From an uncultured virus (IMG/VR IMGVR_UViG_3300030333_001670) (taxonomy: Duplodnaviria; Heunggongvirae; Uroviricota; Caudoviricetes), in IMG/VR virus record IMGVR_UViG_3300030333_001670: a DNA stretch of 20,000 nucleotides; one strand, given 5' to 3'. Shown in pieces: positions 8,279 through 14,764 of the stretch (its first letter is position 1; each line of letters starts with the position of its first letter). The notes beneath the pieces are model-generated. The model was not told the origin of the DNA. It searched no databases and was given only the letters and a program-made list of their open reading frames with translations. Both the position numbers and the translations under genes were made by a program.

Positions 8279-8697
8279 GTGAGGATCTTCAGTGGTCTAA
8301 GGATGATATGATTCAGGTTACCTTAAAGGAACCAGATGATTTCCTCAAGGTGAGAGAGACACTAACTAGAATTGGTGTAGCTTCTAGGAAAGAGAGAAAG
8401 TTATATCAATCATGCCACATTTTACATAAGAAAGGTGACTATTTTATAGTACACTTTAAAGAATTATTTGCATTGGATGGTAAGAGAGCAAATTTATCAG
8501 ACAATGATTTACAGAGACGTAACAGAATTATACAATTACTTTCAGATTGGGGTCTAGTAGAGGTGGTGGATAAGACAACCATCGCTGATGCTGCTCCTCT
8601 CAGTCAGATAAAAGTAATATCTTATAAAGAAAAGCTTGACTGGATACTGGAAAGCAAGTATAATATAGGTAAACGAAGGCAACCCGATGAAGCATGA
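8275..8697 (+). CDS. regA: Translational repressor RegA
   Basis: DDFLKVRETLTRIGVAS, LYQSCHILHK, IVHFKELFALDG and RRNRIIQLLSDWGL. Confidence 0.96.
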   Translation: MSEDLQWSKDDMIQVTLKEPDDFLKVRETLTRIGVASRKERKLYQSCHILHKKGDYFIVHFKELFALDGKRANLSDNDLQRRNRIIQLLSDWGLVEVVDKTTIADAAPLSQIKVISYKEKLDWILESKYNIGKRRQPDEA

Positions 8698-8833
8698 AGT
8701 AAAACTTTATGTCGCTGGCAAGGTATTCACTGAAGAATGCTATGCTAGGAACTATCAAGAAGCAAAGGAAGTTGCTTTAGCAAGGAATCCAAACGCAACT
8801 GTTATCAGTGTAAATGCCAAAGTCGGTGGTTGA
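8687..8833 (+). CDS. 48-aa hypothetical protein MKHEVKLYVAGKVFTEECYARNYQEAKEVALARNPNATVISVNAKVGG
   Basis: Overlaps the regA stop and the next start, filling the gap; resembles, from memory, a small ORF family of cyanomyoviruses. Confidence 0.7.
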   Translation: MKHEVKLYVAGKVFTEECYARNYQEAKEVALARNPNATVISVNAKVGG

Positions 8834-9473
8834 TTCTGGATGGGAGAAGGATTTCTCCTACCATACACAGTGGTTTAAGTCACCAGGGTATCTCTCTTGT
8901 GAGGTGCCTCTTGTTGTACGGGAGGAATTATCTAGTTCCATGGCAAATCATGGTGGAGACGCTAGGAGCACCCTTAGAGGACACTTAGAAGAAGAGTGGC
9001 ACCTAGATATCACACCAGAGGTTAAGAAATTTACTCGTTGCCTTGGGTATGAATATATAAAAAGATTTGGACTCCAGCCAAGCATGGGTATGGCAGAGTC
9101 TATGAGGGACATTGACAACACAGACCTCGAATTAAAAAGACTGTGGGTAAACTATCAACGAAAGTATGACTTTAATCCTTTACATATTCATTCAGGTTTA
9201 TTCTCATTTGTCATTTGGGTATCAGTCCCTTATGAACTTGAGGAGGAGCGTAAGAGATATCCAAACACTAATGGAAACGAGACAGCAGCGTTTATGTTCC
9301 AATACAATACTGCCCTAGGTGGATTGGATACAGAATATCTTTATGTCGATAAGAGTTTTGAGTGGAAGATGGTCTTCTTCCCTGCTCGTCTTAATCATGG
9401 AGTCAATCCATTTTACACATCCGATGACCACAGGGTGTCAATATCAGGTAATGTGTATTTGATTGATATATAG
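8814..9473 (+). CDS. Putative 2OG-Fe(II) oxygenase (TIGR02466-like)
   Basis: WVNYQ..YDFNPLHIHSG..SFVIW, FFPARLNHGV and RVSISGN; HxH...H metal triad plus RxS. Confidence 0.8.
   Translation: MPKSVVDSGWEKDFSYHTQWFKSPGYLSCEVPLVVREELSSSMANHGGDARSTLRGHLEEEWHLDITPEVKKFTRCLGYEYIKRFGLQPSMGMAESMRDIDNTDLELKRLWVNYQRKYDFNPLHIHSGLFSFVIWVSVPYELEEERKRYPNTNGNETAAFMFQYNTALGGLDTEYLYVDKSFEWKMVFFPARLNHGVNPFYTSDDHRVSISGNVYLIDI
9465..9472 (+). promoter_or_regulatory. Late-promoter-like GATATATA
   Basis: Variant of TATAAATA 20 nt upstream of ATG 9493; weak evidence in AT-rich DNA. Confidence 0.35.
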
Positions 9474-9492
9474 TAATAGTTAAGTTATCAAT

Positions 9493-9927
9493 ATGGCTGA
9501 AGATACTACCTTGTTAGATGACGAGGTTAAAGAAGAAAAGAAAAAAGGTCTCTTTGCTAAAGCAAAGGATGCTATTCTTCCAGACCCTGAAGAACAGGCA
9601 GCGATCATCAGCACAATGGTGCGGATCACTGTACTTGCCTGGAGTGGTGGAATATTAACATTAAATTATGTTGCTATTCCAGGAGTCCCTCAACAAAAAA
9701 TAGATCCAACTTTCATAGCTTCGGTGTTCACTGGAGTTTTAGCTAGCTTCGGAATTCAGACAGCTTCTAAGAAAGGTGATGGTACTATGAAGATGGACAA
9801 GAATGGTAACCCTGCCAATGGCAGTGGTAGTGGTGGACCTACTCAAACGATTCGTATTGAGCAAGCACCATTAAAAATAATTGCTGTTGACCCCAATAGC
9901 AAGGATAAGAAAACTTACGAAATTTAA
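9493..9927 (+). CDS. Hypothetical membrane protein with 2 predicted TM segments (144 aa)
   Basis: Hydrophobic stretches ITVLAWSGGILTLNYVAI and TFIASVFTGVLASFGI; charged termini. Confidence 0.8.
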   Translation: MAEDTTLLDDEVKEEKKKGLFAKAKDAILPDPEEQAAIISTMVRITVLAWSGGILTLNYVAIPGVPQQKIDPTFIASVFTGVLASFGIQTASKKGDGTMKMDKNGNPANGSGSGGPTQTIRIEQAPLKIIAVDPNSKDKKTYEI

Positions 9928-9931
9928 AATC

Positions 9932-10168
9932 ATGCAGAAAATTGTAAATGTCATCGCTCTTACAAGTGGCGTTGTATCTCTCGCCGTCGTTGCTACTGGC
10001 GGCTATCTATTTCTTAATAAGGATGCAATCGTCGATAACGTCAAAGGCCAAGTAATGGAAGCAGTCACTGGATCTCTTGGAGGTCTTGGTGGTGGTGTGC
10101 CATCTTTAGCACCAGACCCTGCTGTTCCTGCTGCTCCTGATGCTGGACTAGGAATTCCTGAGCTTTAA
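9932..10168 (+). CDS. Hypothetical protein with N-terminal TM anchor and Gly/Pro-rich tail (78 aa)
   Basis: ATG 9932, 4 nt after the upstream stop; MQKIVNVIALTSGVVSLAVVATGGYLFL; TAATG coupling to the next ORF. Confidence 0.75.
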   Translation: MQKIVNVIALTSGVVSLAVVATGGYLFLNKDAIVDNVKGQVMEAVTGSLGGLGGGVPSLAPDPAVPAAPDAGLGIPEL

Positions 10169-10452
10169 TGGACGTACAAAAAATAGCAACATACGGTACA
10201 GCAGTCGCTGTTGTAGGTACTGGAGGTATTGTCGGTGGCAACGTTGCCATCGATAATGCTACTGGTGGTCCTCAGAAGAGGATGGAGGCAGAAGCAACTG
10301 AGCTCAGACTAATTGTTAGAGAAGAAGTGCGTGCTGCTATAAGAGAAGCATGGCCAAAGACTACTGGATATATAAAGGGTACACAACCTAATGGTAATTA
10401 TCGAGAAGTAGTACCTGATGGATCCAATAGAGAGAATAGAAGTCAATCCTAA
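10168..10452 (+). CDS. Hypothetical protein with Gly-rich N-terminal hydrophobic segment (94 aa)
   Basis: TAATG overlap; IATYGTAVAVVGTGGIVGGNVAI followed by a charged helix. Confidence 0.7.
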   Translation: MDVQKIATYGTAVAVVGTGGIVGGNVAIDNATGGPQKRMEAEATELRLIVREEVRAAIREAWPKTTGYIKGTQPNGNYREVVPDGSNRENRSQS

Positions 10453-11395
10453 TATTAAGATTTCCCCTGACGGGCAGAATATTAGATTCATTCCTAACAT
10501 CAATTCCTCCACCAATAAGATAGACAACGTTGGTGTGAGGAAAGTTAATGTACGACAGATAGCAGACCAGCGTATCTGGGTGCAAGGTACATCAACATCA
10601 TTACCAAATGTCCCACCAGTTACAATCTTTGCAGGGACACCTGTTGTTGATATGCCTGGTTGTGTTCAAGTACACAAAGAGAATGCTAGAGAAAGGAATA
10701 GAAATAAGCAGTTAGTTAATGATGATCCAAAAGGTAATACCGTGTTGTGTGATGGTGGAATGCCATATTTTACAGCACCAAATTATGATGCCAGAGAATT
10801 AACTTGGCAGACAATATATACAGAAGCAGAGGATGCCCCAGAAGGTGTAGATACAGGAGATGTAACTCCACCAGCACCACCTGATACACCAGAAAGACCA
10901 CCTACAGAAGAACCTGAAGGTGACCCAGAATGTCCTGGTCCTTTAGAACCAAGGATAGGATCCATTGGACCAAACGAAAAGGAAAAGGTTGTTGGACATG
11001 AGTTACAACCTGATCCTAATAATGCTAATAAATTAATTTGTGTATCACTCTATGAGGATATTGGTATAGTAGAACAGTATCTACCTAGTCCTCAGATTGT
11101 GACGACGACGGCTGTGATAGCGTCTGTGGCTGCGTCATCTGCCCTACTTGCAAAACCTCTAGCTGATCTGCTCCTGCGGGTGATAAAACCTGCTGTGAAG
11201 CAGGTGATTGCCAAGGTAAACGGAGTCCTCGGAAAAACCCCTTACCGTCCGACTCAGGCTGAGTTGAAGACGAATGAGTATCGGAAGAAGAAAGGTCTTC
11301 TTGGGATAAACTTTGCGAAGAATCATCAGAAGAGAGAGAAGGCTGAGAAGAAGAGGAAGAAGGAGGAGGAGTCTCGGAAGAAGACTCAAAGTTAG
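10418..11395 (+). CDS. Hypothetical protein: 4 Cys, Pro/acidic linker, C-proximal hydrophobic segment and basic tail (325 aa)
   Basis: Long ORF; TPPAPPDTPERPPTEEPEGDPECPGP; IVTTTAVIASVAASSALLA; K/R/E-rich end. Confidence 0.8.
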   Translation: MDPIERIEVNPNIKISPDGQNIRFIPNINSSTNKIDNVGVRKVNVRQIADQRIWVQGTSTSLPNVPPVTIFAGTPVVDMPGCVQVHKENARERNRNKQLVNDDPKGNTVLCDGGMPYFTAPNYDARELTWQTIYTEAEDAPEGVDTGDVTPPAPPDTPERPPTEEPEGDPECPGPLEPRIGSIGPNEKEKVVGHELQPDPNNANKLICVSLYEDIGIVEQYLPSPQIVTTTAVIASVAASSALLAKPLADLLLRVIKPAVKQVIAKVNGVLGKTPYRPTQAELKTNEYRKKKGLLGINFAKNHQKREKAEKKRKKEEESRKKTQS

Positions 11396-12494
11396 GTTGA
11401 GGTAGGTTATGTACGTGTGGTACAATCTTACCACCAGGATTTGTGACTACTACGTCAGCACATATACTATGATAAGGACTTGCTGGATGGAAAAATATAC
11501 CAGCTTTCTTTAACTCACCACAATTTTTAAGACGAGCTATCTCAAAGTCTAATCTCTTGTTAGATGTCAACTGCACTTGATGATTAATCTGTGCTTGTGC
11601 TGCTTGATGACACTGGTCTCTTAATTTCTTATTCAATGGTATAGACAGAGTAGCACTGACACCCATATTAAAACTTTGGTTTGCTTTCATGTCAGTCCTT
11701 ACTGGTTTATACCATGTAGGATCCATCTGTTGATTGCTTACTACATCAGGTACACCATCTGGACCATCAACATCTATTTCTATTTGTATATCATCTCCAT
11801 CTTCAAACCATCTACTACCATCTGCTTTAGTCCTGTCGTCATACCATGACTCCCAAGGATAATTCTTTACAGTAACAGTCTGTTTAGTAGTCCTACCAGA
11901 GAAGTCACTCATATTATACTGTGGTTCATCATAGTAATCTTCCCACGGATGCTTTCTTGAATCAGCAAACTGAACATAGGGAGTGATGTTCAAGGTACTA
12001 CCTTGACATTGGACTCCACCACCGTAGGTGTTGGTTATATAAGGACCTTGTAAAACTTGTATTGCCTGGTTCGTTACTGAACCTGAAGAGTTGGCGATTG
12101 GATTAGCAGTAGCACTTACACCACCTACACCTTCAGCATTCACAGGTGATGCCACCATTAATGCTGCTATTGGGTAAAGGTACTTGTGGTATCTGTGACG
12201 CTTGTTATTGAGGTCACTCTTTGTATCACGGTCTGGTTGGTGATCCCTGGTCCTTGATACGTTTGAGAAAATTGAAATGCTTCCCCTGGGTTGGTAATTG
12301 TGAAGTTGTTTTGTTGTGAGAAGTCTAATGCGTCGAAGGAACTTGTTACTGCTCCTGTTATCGTTACGCCACCTGCTCCTCCGTTTGTGCCTCCTGCCGA
12401 TGATGGAGTCACTGTCACTGTTGATGTATTCACTGGTGGGTTTAGTGCTTCTCCATTGTTGGAAACGCCTACCCCAGTCACGCTGTATTCCCAT
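11085..12494 (-). CDS. Hypothetical exported protein; true start uncertain, with the core beginning near 12190
   Basis: Signal-peptide-like KRHRYHKYLYPIAALMVASPVNA, beta-rich region, helical Cys-containing region (RLDFEIARLKNCGEL) and a Ser-rich tail antisense to the 325-aa ORF. Confidence 0.75.
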   Translation of the reverse strand: MGIQRDWGRRFQQWRSTKPTSEYINSDSDSIIGRRHKRRSRWRNDNRSSNKFLRRIRLLTTKQLHNYQPRGSISIFSNVSRTRDHQPDRDTKSDLNNKRHRYHKYLYPIAALMVASPVNAEGVGGVSATANPIANSSGSVTNQAIQVLQGPYITNTYGGGVQCQGSTLNITPYVQFADSRKHPWEDYYDEPQYNMSDFSGRTTKQTVTVKNYPWESWYDDRTKADGSRWFEDGDDIQIEIDVDGPDGVPDVVSNQQMDPTWYKPVRTDMKANQSFNMGVSATLSIPLNKKLRDQCHQAAQAQINHQVQLTSNKRLDFEIARLKNCGELKKAGIFFHPASPYHSICADVVVTNPGGKIVPHVHNLPQPNFESSSETPPPSSSSSQPSLSSDDSSQSLSQEDLSSSDTHSSSTQPESDGKGFFRGLRLPWQSPASQQVLSPAGADQLEVLQVGQMTQPQTLSQPSSSQSED

Positions 12495-12652
12495 CCTGTT
12501 CTATAATCAATTGAGTTTATTGTTTCTGTAACCGTACTTTCAGTTTCTGTATGGCTCGTCATGGAGCCCTGCTGAAAATTGGGGACCACTGGCACTGCTT
12601 GTGCTGATGATCCCATAAGACTAAGCCATAGGATTACTATAACTCTTTTCAT
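12167..12652 (-). CDS. Hypothetical secreted Thr/Ser/Gly-rich protein (161 aa)
   Basis: Sec signal peptide MKRVIVILWLSLMGSSAQA (AxA site); GGAAAAATG start context; beta-strand-like composition. Confidence 0.82.
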   Translation of the reverse strand: MKRVIVILWLSLMGSSAQAVPVVPNFQQGSMTSHTETESTVTETINSIDYRTGWEYSVTGVGVSNNGEALNPPVNTSTVTVTPSSAGGTNGGAGGVTITGAVTSSFDALDFSQQNNFTITNPGEAFQFSQTYQGPGITNQTVIQRVTSITSVTDTTSTFTQ

Positions 12653-12657
12653 TTTTC

Positions 12658-13149
12658 CTAGTCAATTTGGAGCTCAGATACGAACTGACCTGTAGCTGAA
12701 GTTCCAGCTCCACCAGCAACTATTGTCAACGCACCTTGCGAAGTCACTGTCCCAGCCAGGTTTCCTGCGGTTCCTGCACCAGTAGACAATTGGTTACTTA
12801 ATGCACTAACAGAACCAACTGAAGGTGCAGATGTTACCAAAGCGTCTCCTTGAGTGAATGAAGTCGTGAAGCTGAATGCCTCACCTGGGTCATCTTGGGT
12901 AGCAGTAATAGTACCAGGTCCGTATATACCATTGGCAATAGTACCACCCGTTATAGTATTAGCTGTCGTACCATCAGTTGTATCAACGTTAGTGCCAGAT
13001 ATGGCGTATGAGTTACCTACTCTCTGCATTTGAGTTGCAGCAGCGTTAACTTGTAGTTGAACACTGGTAGTCATACGTGAAGTCATATCTGCACGTGCAG
13101 ACAACGGTGCCAAACCCAAGAGCATAACTATAGGAATTAATCTTTTCAT
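12658..13149 (-). CDS. Hypothetical secreted Thr/Gly/Ala-rich protein (163 aa)
   Basis: Sec signal peptide MKRLIPIVMLLGLAPLSARA (AxA site); first gene of the minus-strand run, 5 nt from the next gene. Confidence 0.82.
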   Translation of the reverse strand: MKRLIPIVMLLGLAPLSARADMTSRMTTSVQLQVNAAATQMQRVGNSYAISGTNVDTTDGTTANTITGGTIANGIYGPGTITATQDDPGEAFSFTTSFTQGDALVTSAPSVGSVSALSNQLSTGAGTAGNLAGTVTSQGALTIVAGGAGTSATGQFVSELQID

Positions 13150-13166
13150 GCTTTTTGGACATTTTT

Positions 13167-13184
13167 ACCTAGATCTATATAGGT
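13167..13184 (-). promoter_or_regulatory. Candidate late-type promoter (CTATATAG) for the minus-strand run, overlapping the inverted repeat ACCTA-N8-TAGGT
   Basis: About 25 nt upstream of ATG 13149; variant of TATAAATA; adjacent GATC at 13172-13175. Confidence 0.35.
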
Positions 13185-13242
13185 TCGCTTAACCCTCCAT
13201 AAATGGTACGGCATATACCATTTAAGTTTTCCTTAAGATGTG

Positions 13243-13303
13243 GTTAAATAGTAGTGTCGCCGAAAGGGACAACACACTAAACCTAGCTTATTTAAGGAGG
13301 CTA
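13243..13303 (+). promoter_or_regulatory. hsp20 late-type promoter (GTTAAATA) and structured 5' leader with SD AAGGAGG
   Basis: GTTAAATA at 13243-13250; hairpin TGTC-G-CC-GAAA-GG-GACA at 13255-13271; SD at 13294-13300. Confidence 0.6.
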
Positions 13304-13305
13304 TT

Positions 13306-13737
13306 ATGACTGGACTACAGAGATATCGTGCTGCCGATCTACCGCAGCTCATGGAGAAAATCCATAAAAACAGTATTGGACTGGATGATTATTTTGACCA
13401 CTTCTTCAATTTGAATCAAAATAGTCAATACCCACCATACAATCTTGTCCAAGTAAGCAACGTGGAATCACGTTTGGAAATTGCACTGGCAGGATTTAAG
13501 AAAGGAGAGGTAAAGGTCTTCACTGAGTATGGTAAATTATTCGTACAAGGTGAGAAAGAAGAGAAGAAGGAAGAGAATGAATACCTACATAGAGGGATGG
13601 CTCAGAGGTCATTCAGTAGACAGTGGCAACTGTCTGATGACTCTACGATAAAGAATGTATCATTTGAAGATGGTATGCTTATCATAACATTAGGTAAGAT
13701 TGTACCTGAGCATCATGCACGTAAGGAATATCTATGA
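13306..13737 (+). CDS. hsp20: Small heat shock protein (Hsp20/IbpA-like)
   Basis: SIGLDDYF, YPPYNL, LEIALAGF, YLHRGMAQRSF, FEDGML and KIVPEH; strong SD. Confidence 0.95.
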   Translation: MTGLQRYRAADLPQLMEKIHKNSIGLDDYFDHFFNLNQNSQYPPYNLVQVSNVESRLEIALAGFKKGEVKVFTEYGKLFVQGEKEEKKEENEYLHRGMAQRSFSRQWQLSDDSTIKNVSFEDGMLIITLGKIVPEHHARKEYL

Positions 13738-13749
13738 TATAATTATCAT

Positions 13750-13950
13750 ATGAAATTTGAAGATTATTATAAGGAATTCTGTGAGGTCTTTGGTCATCCC
13801 TTATGGATGTTACCAATGATGATGATTGGTTTATTCCTTATGATAGAGGTGTTGCATGTTAATGAGCATCGCAACATGGAGACAGGTGATGCTCATGGGT
13901 ATTGTGGCCGAAAAGAATGGGTCAAGAAATTACAAGAAGATTATTATTGA
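13750..13950 (+). CDS. Small hypothetical membrane protein (66 aa)
   Basis: Hydrophobic segment LWMLPMMMIGLFLMIEVL; lies between hsp20 and the terminator. Confidence 0.65.
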   Translation: MKFEDYYKEFCEVFGHPLWMLPMMMIGLFLMIEVLHVNEHRNMETGDAHGYCGRKEWVKKLQEDYY

Positions 13951-13968
13951 CCTATATAAAACACAACT

Positions 13969-13996
13969 AAAGAGACCTTCGGGTCTCTTTTTATTT
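13969..13996 (+). terminator. Rho-independent terminator with cUUCGg tetraloop
   Basis: AAAGAGACC-TTCG-GGTCTCTTT followed by TTATTT; typical T4-like terminator. Confidence 0.92.
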
Positions 13997-14006
13997 GGAA
14001 TATACA

Positions 14007-14237
14007 ATGAATGTTTATCTAAATTTAACTAAATCAAATTACGAAGGTGATAGTGACCTCTTGACAGTTGAGGTACCTTCGAGTTATACTGATGAACTGC
14101 TACGGCATGTCCGACCAATAGCAGAGCAGAAGGATACTAACGCTGAAAAAATCCTTAAGGATATTATTAAGGAATCTATTACTGAAATCGAAAGACGAAA
14201 CTATGAGCGTAAGAGTCGTAAGAACAAGAAACGGTGA
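14007..14237 (+). CDS. Hypothetical protein (76 aa)
   Basis: ATG 14007 after the terminator, with GGA upstream; basic C-terminus overlaps the next ORF. Confidence 0.6.
   Translation: MNVYLNLTKSNYEGDSDLLTVEVPSSYTDELLRHVRPIAEQKDTNAEKILKDIIKESITEIERRNYERKSRKNKKR
14061..14090 (+). promoter_or_regulatory. Sigma70-type promoter TTGACA-N18-TATACT
   Basis: -35 at 14061-14066, -10 at 14085-14090; re-initiation point downstream of the terminator. Confidence 0.6.
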
Positions 14238-14562
14238 AGATGTCATCGCAGACTTGTTTGAAGTCACCACTAAGGATGATCAGGAAAATGTTATTGGGTT
14301 TCAATTAAGGAATCCTTATAGCGTATGGGTAACACAACCCCATGATGCAGTCTTAGACAACGGTGAGATTCAAAAGATTACCAAACCAGAACTTAGGTTT
14401 GAACCATATGCACCATTACTCAAGGGCAATGCTATCATGCTGAAACTTGAGGAGATTGTTAGTGCTTATGAGACTTATGAAGAAGTCATTAAAAAATACA
14501 ACGAATTAGTGGAGGCTACAAGTGGTAAAGATAATACTGCTGAGGAACGGAAGTCTGACTGA
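14203..14562 (+). CDS. Hypothetical protein of the type found upstream of gp43 in cyanomyoviruses (119 aa)
   Basis: MSVRVVRTRNGEDVIAD, small beta-rich (Sm-like?) pattern; synteny. Confidence 0.75.
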   Translation: MSVRVVRTRNGEDVIADLFEVTTKDDQENVIGFQLRNPYSVWVTQPHDAVLDNGEIQKITKPELRFEPYAPLLKGNAIMLKLEEIVSAYETYEEVIKKYNELVEATSGKDNTAEERKSD

Positions 14563-14764
14563 CTACCTAATCGGTAAAATCACAGAGATGGATGAAGAAC
14601 CAGTCTATCTTGTAGAAGAATGCTATCGTATTCTTGATGGAAAGTTGGAAGCATATCCTAAATATGCTGCACAACGTGATCTCTTCTTGACATCTGAGTC
14701 AGTTTTTACTATAGTAGAGCCATCCAAACAAATCTTAGGAGAGTATCAGAAGACGAATGTCTAG
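14522..14764 (+). CDS. Hypothetical protein (80 aa, GTG start), possibly a distant paralog of the upstream ORF
   Basis: GGAGG SD at 14511-14515; MVKIILLRNG resembles MSVRVVRTRNG; overlaps the gp43 start. Confidence 0.72.
   Translation: MVKIILLRNGSLTDYLIGKITEMDEEPVYLVEECYRILDGKLEAYPKYAAQRDLFLTSESVFTIVEPSKQILGEYQKTNV
14687..14715 (+). promoter_or_regulatory. Sigma70-type promoter TTGACA-N17-TATAGT for gp43
   Basis: -35 at 14687-14692, -10 at 14710-14715; about 40 nt before the gp43 ATG. Confidence 0.72.

Noticed and set aside
9493..9927. Holin call for the 2-TM protein
   Set aside because: The topology is compatible, but there is no adjacent endolysin or spanin and no recognisable family motif
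12291..12531. Plus-strand 71-aa ORFs, and likewise the 91-aa minus ORF at 11159-11434
   Set aside because: Low-complexity mirror or alternative-frame translations of the real genes
12167..12652. Curli CsgF/CsgA homology suggested by the N-terminal PNF and secreted beta-rich composition
   Set aside because: Only a 3-residue match, and no curlin repeats are visible; unsupported without a profile search
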